A DNA stretch of 62,829 bases, the filler included, from Rhabdomonas costata (Eukaryota): assembly GCA_019059605.1 (NCBI GenBank). It is 39 parts of 39 records of this genome, joined end to end, with 100 filler letters (N's around TTAATTAATTAA, not from the genome) between each part and the next. Parts side by side here need not be neighbours in the genome. Positions count along the whole stretch, not along the records: positions 40,352 to 41,864 come from JAHMHO010014083.1; positions 41,965 to 43,478 come from JAHMHO010014084.1; positions 43,579 to 45,092 come from JAHMHO010014085.1; positions 45,193 to 46,711 come from JAHMHO010014086.1; positions 46,812 to 48,325 come from JAHMHO010014087.1; positions 48,426 to 49,939 come from JAHMHO010014088.1; positions 50,040 to 51,549 come from JAHMHO010014089.1; positions 51,650 to 53,163 come from JAHMHO010014090.1; 31 more parts are not named here. The stretch is one strand, 5' to 3'. A program made the position numbers and the translations under genes. Below, in pieces: positions 40,995 to 52,195 of this stretch (positions are counted from its first letter, which is position 1; every line of letters begins with the position of its first letter). The notes below the pieces were generated by a model, which was given only the letters and a program-made list of their open reading frames with translations, was not told the DNA's origin and did no database searches.

Positions 40995-41201
40995 CTCTCG
41001 TAGAAACACGTCGAAGAGGCTGACGGTGCACTCGCTGGCGGCCACTGCGATGAGCTGCCCACTTGGAGACCTCACCGGGGCCACCACGGGAAGCGCCAGA
41101 ACGGTGGTGTCCCCTACCACCCCATTCACGGGCAGCAGTGAGGCATACACGGGGGCGAAGGCCACCTCCTCAGTGGTAGCCGCACCCGTGCGGTACCACA
41201 C
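40995..41201 (-). CDS. Exon encoding a dCache sensor domain
   Basis: WYRTG....VAFAPVY.....LPVVAPVRSPSGQLIAVAASE pattern; cag|...|gttgtt. Confidence 0.7.
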
Positions 41202-43126
41202 CTGTTGAAGAGTTTGCAGGAGGGCACAGAATAGAGGGTGTCCATGTGCCCACATCGATCTCCACAATGCCTGCCTCCCCTTTTGGCAGTTTGAAACCTT
41301 GGTCATCAAGCGACCCTGGGAACCCGACGCCCCGGCCCATAGTGCGTGTCGTCCTCTAACCAGGAGAAATTCCCAACAAACTAGGAGCGGATCGAAAGAT
41401 TGCCGACTCAAACACCACGGGTACCACCGTCGTTTCGTTATTCTGTAGGTCCTGACCCATTACCGCAGCTCTCTTGGGAAGAGAGGCTGAGGCGCCTCTC
41501 TGAGATATTGAGATTTGGAATAGAGTGTATCAGTGTCGGCAGAACATTGGATCAGGAACTTGACACACACTTGACTTTTCAACCCTCAATGCTATCCCGC
41601 CAAGTGGTCCAAAAAGAACAAAGGATGGTGCATGTGACGGCGACCACTGTGGTAGTCGTCCCGTGGTCACCGTTACCTCCCCCCAACTTCCGTTGGAGCT
41701 GTTTTCTAGAAACAAAAAACACTTCTCAAACGCTCTTCTCGGGAAAAAGGCAGTGCGAGAACCGCGATTCATTGACAGAGCAGCACGTTCCAGCACCCTC
41801 CCCCACCCCATGCCAAAAACGACCTACAATTCAGCGAGAGCAAACGTCCAAGTGCCAAAAAAAANNNNNNNNNNNNNNNNNNNNNNNNNNNNNNNNNNNN
41901 NNNNNNNNTTAATTAATTAANNNNNNNNNNNNNNNNNNNNNNNNNNNNNNNNNNNNNNNNNNNNTTTTGGTTGGTTGAGGGAAAATGTGGGCTGTTTTCC
42001 TGCTGTCCGCAGGTGAGATCGGGGGGCCACTGACCATAATAGGGGGTGCCAAGTTGTCCCACGATCTCACCTGCGGACAGCAGGAAAACAGCCCACATTT
42101 TCCCTCAACCATTCAAACTAAGCACACTTCTCAAAGAGGGTTTTTGTTAAAATATATCTGGAGGCTACTGACTGACCTCACGAGGATCGGGGGACTGTTG
42201 TGTCTGGGTCTTTCGCGAGCCGAAGAGCTTGAGAAGCCCTGTCGCATTCCAAGAAAGAATGGCGCCTCCCACTAATCCCGATCAAGGTGCACACCTGTAT
42301 GCTCATCGGGGTGGAAGAAAAATCGCGAAGGCAAGACGCACTAGGAGACTATTGCGGATAGGGTTCTCTCATTTTCCAATCATTCATTGCCCGGGCGAAA
42401 ACAACAGATCGCTGATTGGCATGGGGGGAGGGTGTAGGTTCTCCAGCGGTCGCCTCGCTGCTGCAACCTCGAACAGGAATCCACCGCCTCCCTGCTGACA
42501 TAACCACGCCAAAACTACGCAGATCACACCACACCTCTGGGATAGGTTTGGGGCCCTTCGGGGACCCCAAGGGAGAGTCCGCATTGGCCCGCGCTGCAAG
42601 CAAAAGTGCGGTCACAACTAGTACACACAAATAACATGGGCACCAAGAGAGAACCGAAGGGGAACGAGGAAGGGAAGAAACTGCATCGCACGCGCTGAGA
42701 ACCGTGGTTTTGGGATATCAGTGTCGACCGAATATCGACAATCCAACTGCTGGGAATTAGAAGGACATCGCATCCAACATCCATCGTAAACAGAACTCAA
42801 CTGCAGGCCACGAGCGGTCGTGAAGCGGTAAACGAAGGAAAGACCGATAAAACGCTCGACCACTAATTGTCACGGGTGCACAAGAGACGAGACTGGGGAG
42901 GCGAAACAGTTGCCTCCCGACGATCCACTGCTTCCGCAGTGCTACGGAACCGGAAAAAACACGTCCGGTCTAAAGGTCGCATCGGTGTTGCCATGAATGA
43001 TGCAGGGGTGACATTGTTCAAATGCGCTTGCTTCGTCACCTTTCCACTGGTATTTTTCAACAAGGCCACAAACACTTTCTCCCTCTTCTCCCTCTTCCTC
43101 CTGTCATTATCGCGTTTGAGGGAGAG

Positions 43127-43219
43127 TCAGCACGCCCCCACCACACCCTCGGCCTGGGCATCCAGGAACTCCACCAGGTTGTAGGTCGGGTCCCTGCTTT
43201 GCATCTCTAGCGTCCCAAT
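43127..43219 (-). CDS. Terminal exon of unknown protein
   Basis: cag|IGTLEMQSRDPTYNLVEFLDAQAEGVVGAC then TGA. Confidence 0.45.
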   Translation of the reverse strand: MGTLEMQSRDPTYNLVEFLDAQAEGVVGAC

Positions 43220-43615
43220 CTGCACCCCCTCAGTGGACCTGTGCATGGTAAGAGTCGAGACCCTCATATATCCGCACGTCCGCATCTCGCTGCTAACAGG
43301 GACAGCGGCAACAGGGCCACGCAAAGGAAGCGGATGCTGCTGCATCTTTGGAATGGGAGCGGCAAGGGCGTTAAACGTTTACCAACGTTTAACTTATATC
43401 ACCGTTAAACAGTCAAATTTTTTAGGACCCCCCTCCCCAAGGAAGGTTCTCGCCTAACTTGTTCTGTCCCACACACAANNNNNNNNNNNNNNNNNNNNNN
43501 NNNNNNNNNNNNNNNNNNNNNNTTAATTAATTAANNNNNNNNNNNNNNNNNNNNNNNNNNNNNNNNNNNNNNNNNNNNGTGGTTTTGTCTCAGGTGACCA
43601 GCACATGGCAGGGAC

Positions 43616-44281
43616 CTCGGCGACCGTATGGTAGTCAAGACGGCGCGGGGAGAGCCCCAGGTCCAACAGGGCCTGCCATGTGCTGGTCACCTGAGACAAG
43701 AAAGCCAAAGCACACCTCCTTTTTCTAGCTTATGCACACGCCGCGCAGCGAGAGGATGACAAGACACGGTCTGAAGAGAAATGCAAGACAGCGTCCGGCC
43801 AATTCAGCCCAATTCAGCAGCGTTGAAGGGCGGGCAGGAGCGAGAAAACCTTCTCCAGATTCTTTTCCAGCCCATAGGCCCTGATCAGGGGCCGGAAGTT
43901 CTCAATCCGAGGGGCGACCTGCTGTCGCTCCATCGCCTCGAAGACCAGCTGGTGTACTTTCTCCGCACCCTTTTGGGCCAGGAAGGGGTCAACAACCCAA
44001 AAAAGCAACGGTGAATCATATAAAAAGGAGCCATCACAGGGCACAGGAAAACTGCTTAGGTCTAGGCCTTCAGTGGAGAGGTTATATGATGAGAAATGGA
44101 GAAATCGAGAAAGCAAGGAAGCGAGGAGGGTGCGAAGAAAGACCTCCGCCTCGAGTAGGAACGAGGTGACGACGCTGAAGATCAGCGCGGGACAACTGAT
44201 GTGGAGCTCCTCCATTGCCAGTAGCAGCTCCCGGACCCGCCCGAAGTTGCGCCCACACAACCGCAGCGCGGTGACGAAGAA
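43616..44281 (-). CDS. Pentatricopeptide-repeat-like protein; exons 44144-44281, 43850-43969, 43616-43690
   Basis: VFEAMERQQVAPRIENFRPLIRAYGLEKNLEK|VTSTWQALLDLGLSP is PPR-like; GT-AG phase-0 introns. Confidence 0.7.
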
Positions 44282-44595
44282 CTGCGCACCGGGGGGCCGG
44301 GGGGTGGGGAGGGAGCCCACGCGAATGCGCACCCCCTGTCCCTGCTCACAAACTGAACGTTAATGGACGAAGGCGCTATGCTCTGCGTGAGTGCTGTTAT
44401 TTCGTGGACTGATGCGCTGCTGGTTATAGCGGCGTCTCAAGGTGGGAAGGAAAACCTCCGACAGCTAACACAGAGGATCGCCTTACAAACATCTTACCAT
44501 TCGCTCCGGTGCAGTCCTCACACAAGCACTACTAGCACTACTAGCACCACACTAACAGCATGAACCTCTGCAAAAAGGTAAGCTCACCCAGATCA

Positions 44596-44630
44596 TTGCT
44601 TTTTAAGATAGCTTTATATACGCTCAGCGC
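44596..44630 (+). promoter_or_regulatory. Bacterial sigma70-like promoter TTGCTT-N17-TACGCT with GC-rich discriminator
   Basis: -35 at 44596-44601, -10 at 44619-44624, then CAGCGCC; 13 nt upstream of the tRNA pair. Confidence 0.45.
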
Positions 44631-44637
44631 CTCTGGC

Positions 44638-44721
44638 GCCCGCGGGGCGGAACGGTAGACGCTGCGGACTTTAAATCCGTTGGGAGTTAATCCCGTGCCG
44701 GTTCGAGTCCAGTCGCGGGTA
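44638..44721 (+). tRNA. Bacterial-type tRNA-Leu body with anticodon TTA (UUA; would read UAA/UAG), possibly a pseudogene
   Basis: Acceptor GCCCGCG/CGCGGGT plus A73; D-arm GCGGAACGGTAGACGC; anticodon arm GCGGA-CTTTAAA-TCCGT (TTA at 44671-44673); long variable arm GGGA/TCCC; T-loop TTCGAGT. Defects: G at position 8 and a T-stem mismatch. Confidence 0.85.
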
Positions 44722-44731
44722 CCGTCGAAAG

Positions 44732-44803
44732 GGCTCGGTAGCTCAGTGGTAGAGCACCAGACTGAAAATCTGGGTATCGCCGGTCCGATTCCGGCTCGAG
44801 CCA
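44732..44803 (+). tRNA. Bacterial-type tRNA-Phe(GAA), possibly a pseudogene
   Basis: GGCTCGG/TCGAGCC acceptor; GCTCAGTGGTAGAGC D-arm; CCAGA-CTGAAAA-TCTGG; T-loop TCCGATT instead of TTCGATT. Confidence 0.88.
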
Positions 44804-44826
44804 CCCCTTCACAATCAACTTTGCAA

Positions 44827-44895
44827 ATGACAGAGTTAGATAAGTCTATAAAGAGCCTATTACAGAGACGATTGGAGCCGCAGAAAATAGAGGTG
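44827..44895 (+). pseudogene. Possible truncated BolA-family N-terminus
   Basis: MTELDKSIKSLLQRRLEPQKIEV resembles BolA (I...L...L.P..LEV); AT-rich codons unlike host exons; similarity ends after ~23 aa. Confidence 0.3.
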
Positions 44896-45242
44896 CATAT
44901 TCGGTGCCCTTCGGTTTCCTCTCTTTGGAAGGTAATACGGATACCCACAGATGCACACATACCTAAAGCTATGCGCGATTCTACTTTCGACGCACGTCCC
45001 ATACGCCATCTAACCGAAACATACACTTTTCACCACACCCAAAACAAGCGGTCCTCAGATGCACATGCTTGCATCGATACCCCCCAACCCACNNNNNNNN
45101 NNNNNNNNNNNNNNNNNNNNNNNNNNNNNNNNNNNNTTAATTAATTAANNNNNNNNNNNNNNNNNNNNNNNNNNNNNNNNNNNNNNNNNNNNGTGGTTGT
45201 TGGAAAAAAATTAGCTTGCAGTGCACTTTTTTCTTGAATATT

Positions 45243-45800
45243 CTCTTCTTTGCACTGGCCATCGGGCCCGCGCTTGAAGCCCTGCACTCCTCGTTCACCT
45301 TACACTGGGTAGCTTGGTACCACGACGACGGAATCCTGGTGGGGGACACGACTTTTCGCTGACCAGGGAGACGTCAGCTTTTTGGTCAACAGTAACGCCT
45401 CGCTTGCTCAAGCTTGGCATCGAGGAGAACATCTCATCTTGGATTGTCCCGCACGCTCTAACTTCAGCCACAGCGCTGCGGGACGACAACCTTCACGAAA
45501 AGAAATTTTGGGGTGACAAACTCCACCTGAAAGTCCGGCAGGACCTCCTGGATTCGGTTCCTCTGCGAGATCGTGGTCAGAAACAAGCAGATTCTCACGC
45601 CACGCCGGTGACTGGCATCATGTGAAAACAAACAAAAATCTTGGACTTTGGACTTTGCTCGGCGCCGCTGAGTACCGGCTGCTATTACACTTTCACCTGG
45701 AAATCCCCCTCCGCTGTGGTGAAGCCCAGGACGTGTTTGGCGACCACCTCGTCACATGTCGCCTCTCGGGACTCTGGGGAAGACACAACGCCCCTCGGGC
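45243..45800 (+). mobile_element. Internally deleted CRE/SLACS-like (RLE-type) non-LTR retrotransposon
   Basis: RT core LFFALAIGPALEAL...AWYHDDGILVG (45315-45332) and, ~400 nt later, C-terminal zinc-finger RCGEAQDVFGDHLVTC....GRHNA. Confidence 0.8.
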
Positions 45801-47568
45801 ACAACGCCCCTTCCAAGAGCCCAACACGGGCTCACCCGTGGGCCCTCGGTGGCCCGCTTACCCCACGCCAGCCAAAGTGGATCCCTACCTGCGCCTCCGG
45901 GAACGAAGACGCTAAGGCGATGGTTGTTTTCACACTCTTAACCGTACTCAGCCGTGAGACGTTGTCTTGGGTCTTATGTTTCGATTACGCTCGCTCGTTG
46001 GACTTGTCTGCCCTGTGTGTTGCACTCAGTTTCAGCAGAGCGGAGAGAACGTTTTCGACGGGTTCCCCCTCTCTTCTTAAAAGCAATAGTGGGAGGCTCG
46101 CGCTTTACCGGCTACTTCCCCACTCTTCTTACTACACTTTATTGGGCGTGCTCGGCAAGGGTACTCTCACCACTGCCGACAACAGAAGTTGAAAAAAGCG
46201 ACCCGGAGGGAGGCGGCACCCCAATGTTGGGTTCGCCATTTGTAAAAGAAAACTGTTAAAATTTTTTTTGCAGATTTTTCTTTTTTGCACTTTTCTCCTC
46301 GCACTTAAGTCGCCATTGTAAACGAGTGTTTGTAAGTTGTGTGTAAAAAGTAATTTTTCAAAATTTGCAATTTACAAAAAGTAAATTTACATCGACGCAT
46401 GAAGAACATGGACTTCTCATCTCTGCAATTTTCCCGTTGCTCTGAAGCTCTTCACCCTTTACTCAAGGGGGCACACCACCACAAATATAATTCTTTCAAC
46501 GCTCAGGAAGTTGGCTGCTGGAAATTTCAGGAATAGAGCCATTTCCAGTTCAAACGGGCACTTTGGGGATGGGTCGGTGGAGACCAGGGGAGTGACCACG
46601 GCGACCAGACCACCCAGTGGGAAGGAGGGGGGGGGGAGTGTGAAGAGAAGCACACAGTCAGAAGGAATGCAGGCAATGACATCCGTGAGTAGCTCACACT
46701 CCCCCACCCCCNNNNNNNNNNNNNNNNNNNNNNNNNNNNNNNNNNNNNNNNNNNNTTAATTAATTAANNNNNNNNNNNNNNNNNNNNNNNNNNNNNNNNN
46801 NNNNNNNNNNNGTTGGTGTTTCGTTCAACTTCAACGGAACATGTTAAGTCTAGATGCGCGTTTTGTTCTGGCCCAATTGTACTTGATGAGGTTAATACTT
46901 ATGGTGGCATGTTGGGCCACATCATGCAGTTAGTAATATTATCTGTCATATACATATACTATAGATAATATTTCTTTCTTTTAAACTTTATCGATATAAC
47001 AATTGGAGCATTCTCCACTCCCCAAAGGGAGAGAAGCTCTTGCGGGTGCAGCCCATCCCTCCACTCCTCACACGGCGTCATGCACCGAGGCCGCTGCCGC
47101 GTATAATTCTCACCCCCTTCCACTTCTCAGAACCTCATAAAACAAAGCTAATTTGCTTGGGCTGCGGTCCTCCCAGGTTTTTCATGCATCTCAGGCGAAC
47201 ACGAGGACTCCGATGGTTCCCAGGGTCCCACTTTCGGCCCAGCATTTGTGCTGCTGTACCATGTTTTTTTTGGTGGCGCAGCCAAAGGAAGTGGATATCA
47301 TCGGAATCTCTGGTATTCGACCCGAAAGACAACGCCCAGCTTTCTATTGGGCCCATCGTTTTCTGCGCGGTTTCTGCTGTGCAGCACGGGGGTTGTAAAT
47401 ATTGTGATCCAGTGGGAAGTGACTGGGAATCTTCCAGCCACCTGACCACCTGTGCGTGTTGTTTCTGCTCTCTGTGACTTCTATTGCTGGCATCCACAGC
47501 TTTTTTCCGCTCTTCTTCGGGGAAGTTTTTCTTTTGTACTTCGCGTTTGAGGCGTGACGGGCGGGGAG

Positions 47569-47856
47569 ATGTTCTTTCGAGTGTGCGTGGGGTTGTCGCT
47601 GGGGGCGCAGCAGCTGTGCTACAGCGTAATGAGCCGCACGCTGCGGAAGGCGCTGGACGTGGTGTGCGTGGGGCTGGGGATGAGCCTGACCGTGGTGACG
47701 ATGCTGGTGTACGTGAGGGTGGTGATGCCCGCGGTACTGGACCTGAGGTCCGCAGCGGGGCTCGGGGTGTTCATGCTGCACGCTTGGCTGGCGTTCAACC
47801 TGCTGTTCAACTATGTCCTGGCCGTCGCAGTGCACCCCGGGCGGCCTACCCGGATG
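47569..47856 (+). CDS. DHHC palmitoyltransferase (ZDHHC16-like), first exon
   Basis: Two TM segments ending FNLLFNYVLAVAVHPGRP (TM2-PG motif); pyrimidine tract and AG upstream of the ATG; GT donor. Confidence 0.7.
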
Positions 47857-48634
47857 GTTCGGAACTGGAGAAGTGGGGGGTGCACTTCGTTGGCTCTGCT
47901 CTGTCTTCTTGGATTTCGTGTCCTCGTGTTCCAAAACCTTCCTTACTTCCCATCCCCGTCGGCCAAAACACAGTGATGCACACTATACCCACCCACGCAT
48001 CGAAGTTTGCAGCAGCACAAGTAAGTTGGAAGAAACCACGGCGCAAACCCGCGTATGACGTTTGCAGCGAGTGGCTTGGGAAGCGGCAGAATGCATCGCT
48101 GTGGGGAGCGAACGGAACTTGAAAGGGAATCATCGCAATCATCGCAATGAAGAAGGGAACCGATGAAGGGAAGATGACGTGAGGTGGGCAAGGCTGCTGT
48201 GCGCTTCACCACCGTTAGGACTGGGAGTATCTGAGTGGGGCGGCCATGGAGGTGCCTTGCGGAGGTGGGGCCGCGGAGTCGTCCCCTGGAGCGGTGGCCG
48301 GAGGGGCCGCGGCCGACCAACCAACNNNNNNNNNNNNNNNNNNNNNNNNNNNNNNNNNNNNNNNNNNNNTTAATTAATTAANNNNNNNNNNNNNNNNNNN
48401 NNNNNNNNNNNNNNNNNNNNNNNNNGTTTGTCATCCTCCCAATTACCGCTAATCGCATCGTTGTGCCAGATCACCTTGGAATGGCGACACGCAGTGTGAT
48501 GGTGCTCAAATGCCTTCTATCGGGAATGTGCTTACTTGTGTGTGTATGGATTTGTCAACGAGGTGATTTTCCTCCATTTCAAGAAACACGAGCTCCCTCT
48601 CTTTTTCCAACAACCGCATCCTTATCCAAATCAG

Positions 48635-49918
48635 GCTGGTGTTCCAGTACAGCACCTCTCCGGGCAACGGGATGTGGGGCGCCTTGCAGAGCAGCGAGGC
48701 CCATCTCTCCGCGGTGGTTGCCGCGGTGCACTCCGAGGGCAGCGCTCGGGGCGAGGTCGCGGCGCTGGGCGCTCGGATCTTCGGCAACCTCAGCCAGGAC
48801 GAGGCTCTGCGCCGTCTGCTGGGCCAGGCCGGTATGCTGTGCCTCTGCATAGTCACACGGCTCTCTAGCCTCTTATCCTCTCGCTCTGGGTGCGCCAATG
48901 AGAGTCGAGGTCACTCCCCTGCATTTTCCGAAATCGCTCTATGGGCTGTATTGCAGTTTGTTCTGCGTGTGCTCGCACACACCCTGCGCATGCTTCCTTG
49001 ACGTTCTTCCTTTTCAGTGCTCTTCGTTTCTCTCTTTGATGATCGCTCGCGGCGGTATGTGCGATGGCCGGGATGGAGTCGTATCGATGGGACCGGCTGC
49101 TCATCAGTCCCCTAGGTTGGTAGGAAGGGGAGGGGGTGCATCCATTGAATGGGTTGAATGAATGGTGTCAACAGAGGCGGAACTACAGATGACTTCACAG
49201 CGGAAAGTTATGGGATCGTTGCCAGCCATTTTAGGTTGTGTTGTCCATTTCTCACCTCACTTCTCACCATGCTCAGGATTGCAGATTGCAGATTGCTGCT
49301 GTGTTCCCGTGATGCACGCGCACACAATGATAATTTTCATCCCCAGGGGCTTTGGAAGTGATGATTGCACTGCTTCGTGAGGACGACAACGAGGTGCTGG
49401 TACTGTGGGCCCTCTCCGCGATGGTGGAGGGGGTGAGCTACAATCAGCAGCGTTTCTGCAGTTCCGGTGTGTGCATGTCTGTTCCTTTCTTTCTTTCTTT
49501 CTTTCCGTGTGCCGGCATAGGCGGCTGTTCCTCCCCTGACCTTTGGTTGCATTTAATAGTGAGATGAACAACCCTTCCAAAGCATGTGTGTGCGCAGACT
49601 TAGCCTTGGAAGCTCTGATTCCAAACATCAATGCCCAACCTCTCGTCCCGGTTCCTCCAAACAACCCGAGACTTTCATGCAGTACGTGTTCAGTGCTCAG
49701 CTGCACAGCCATGCCTTGCTTCTGGTTCTTGAAAAGTCAGAAAAGTATGCTGCTGACAAATATATCCATCGTCGCTCACCGTCTTCGTGGCTACACACCT
49801 CTCAGGTGGGCTTCAGCGGCTTATTCAGGGCATGACCCCTGTGCGAAGCTCCGGGAACGTCCATGTACGGCAGATGCACCTGCTCTCCAATCTGGCCTTC
49901 GACAGCGACTTCTGTCAG
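48635..49918 (+). CDS. Armadillo-repeat protein; exons 48635-48831, 49347-49466, 49806-49918
   Basis: ARIFGNLSQDEALRRLLGQAG|ALEVMIALL..VLWALSAM..NQQRFCSSG|GLQRLI..LLSNLA; GT-AG phase-1 joins. Confidence 0.8.
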
Positions 49919-51301
49919 GTTCCCTTTGTCCCCAAAACCNNNNNNNNNNNNNNNNNNNNNNNNNNNNNNNNNNNNNNNNNNNNTTAATTAATTAANNNNN
50001 NNNNNNNNNNNNNNNNNNNNNNNNNNNNNNNNNNNNNNNGGTGTGGACTGGGGAGGGATCAGCAGCGCCCGCAACCAAGACAGGCCATAGTATTTCAATT
50101 AGAGTAGATTCCCGAAGGGCAGAAAGCAAAGCTGGGAATAAAGCAACTGCAGTCACGTGATATTAGCAGCAACGGCGGCAGCGGCAGCAGCAACAGGGGA
50201 AAGCGCCGAATGGAAAATACAGAAATGCAGAAAAATACTTCAATAAAAGGCAGCATGTGAACATACCCCACAACAGACGACAGGTGCTCACAATAGGAGC
50301 TTGTACGTGCTTGCAGATGTAATTCCTTCGCTTCAAAGGAATACCAAGGGTTTCAACTCGCCTCATCTGACAGTGATAGTGAGGGAGCACGCGCAGCTAC
50401 TGGAACTGAACTCGGGCAGATCTCTACAATGGACGCGTGTGAAGCAAAGTGAGCGAGATACCCATGAAGGAGGTTTTGGCAAAGAAGGACCAATTAAATG
50501 TGTGGTGCGATGGCTTTATTTCTTTGAGTTACGGACAGTGCTTAGTTCACCCCTGCTATCTCTCGCGTTCCCTTCTGTAAATTGTTTGTTCTTAGTGTTA
50601 CACTCTTCCCGCACTCTGGTGCCTGTGCCGCAGTGCCGTGCGTATTCAGTTACGGACAGTTGCTCAGTTTTTGGGTTTTGCTCATGTTGAGCGGACCGCT
50701 TGCAAAACGAAGAATCCCGTGCGCCGGAAGGCGACTGACCCCTGACGATGACACGTTAACTAAGAGAGTGCAGCAACCAAGAGAACCCCGCCCACGAATA
50801 TTGGTAACAGTAAATTTGAATCGAATTCATTTCCGATACCCGCCCTCCTCACCCGCTTTTGTGGGGAGTGCAGAGAGGGAGAGCAGGTAGTCCGGAATGC
50901 CCCGCACTTCTGGAGAAAACGATGCCTGTCTGCAGAGAAGGGCGTCCCTACTCTGGTGCTTCTGCTGAGCAAGGACGACGTTCGGGGAGAGAAGTTGCTG
51001 TGGAGTTGGCGCTGAGTATGAGACTGCCAGTGTGAGGGAGAGAAGCACGCGTGCACAGTGTATGACGGGTGTGAAGGGTTATGAGTGTTTTGGGGAGGAA
51101 GATGCACGACGTGAATTTGGAAGTGGACAAAAAGGCTGCCTCTGTTTTCTCTGTTTTCACTGTGTTAATGAAAGGGACCCACCCAATTTTTATTCAATTT
51201 TGGACGTGGAACCCTTTTCGAGTCCCCGGCACCCATGCCCGTAAAAGCCACCCCAAGCCATATTCCTAGGGCGGCAATAAGGGCTGTGGCCATGCACAGA
51301 C

Positions 51302-51482
51302 CTCCGTCCTTCTTGGAGCACCAGTCCCCTCCCGGGAAGCCCAGCTCCTTCTGCGGCAGGCGGTGAAGGGCGATCACATTCAGCTTCTTCGAGAAGTGCA
51401 CCTGCAGGTCGCCCAGGTCGGTCACCCCGGTCAGCAGCACCACTCGCACGGAGTACCGCATATCCCCGGAAACCACAGCCTC
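51302..51482 (-). CDS. Exon of unknown protein (probable next exon from ~51024 downward)
   Basis: tag|EAVVSGDMRYSVRVVLLTGVTDLGDLQVHFSKKLNV...WCSKKDG|gt; strong GC3 bias. Confidence 0.55.
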
Positions 51483-52195
51483 CTACCAAAAAAACGAATT
51501 CCTTCCTGACACATCAGTCCCGCCAACACCCCCCAACCACACCCACCACNNNNNNNNNNNNNNNNNNNNNNNNNNNNNNNNNNNNNNNNNNNNTTAATTA
51601 ATTAANNNNNNNNNNNNNNNNNNNNNNNNNNNNNNNNNNNNNNNNNNNNTGTTGGTCGTTGTCCATACTAAACACCAATGGACAACGACCAAGATCACCG
51701 CCATAATCGAAAAAACTCAACCATCATTCTTTTTTTTTTCAATTGTTGAGTGAGGTTTGCGTGAGGGCCTAATCCGGAACCGGGACAAAAGCTGGCCAGC
51801 GCTTGAGTGACATCCGTGGCCTCGCTCTCTGCGCGGTGCTTGGGTAAAAATAGCACATCATTGTTTACGTGCATTTTGATTCGAATGAGCTGTAATTTTT
51901 TTGTTGGTTTAACCCGTTATTAGGGTGACGGCTCCATGCTTGTGGCTTTATATTATCCTATTCCAACTAATGTGGTTATCACGTCACAAAAAGTGTAGGT
52001 GTATCGATTTGTCCTAACGTCAGGCACGTGCGCAGCGGAGCAGCGGAGCTTCATGGAAGAAGCGAGCCAAAAACTGATGTACATTGTGAATGTTGAGTTT
52101 GGCATCCACCGACTTGCTTTAATTTTCCAGGGGACGTTTACCTCAAACGGCAGGTAAAATATTATTTTATAGAACTACACCGAGAGTCGAGTGTG

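Noticed and set aside
41972-42110. ~49-bp inverted repeat giving mirrored ORFs
   Set aside because: At contig start; fold-back artefact.
43586-43698. Inverted copy of a PPR exon/acceptor
   Set aside because: Copies genuine gene sequence at the contig start, as expected from template switching.
51651-51692. Short terminator-like hairpin
   Set aside because: At contig start; fold-back artefact.
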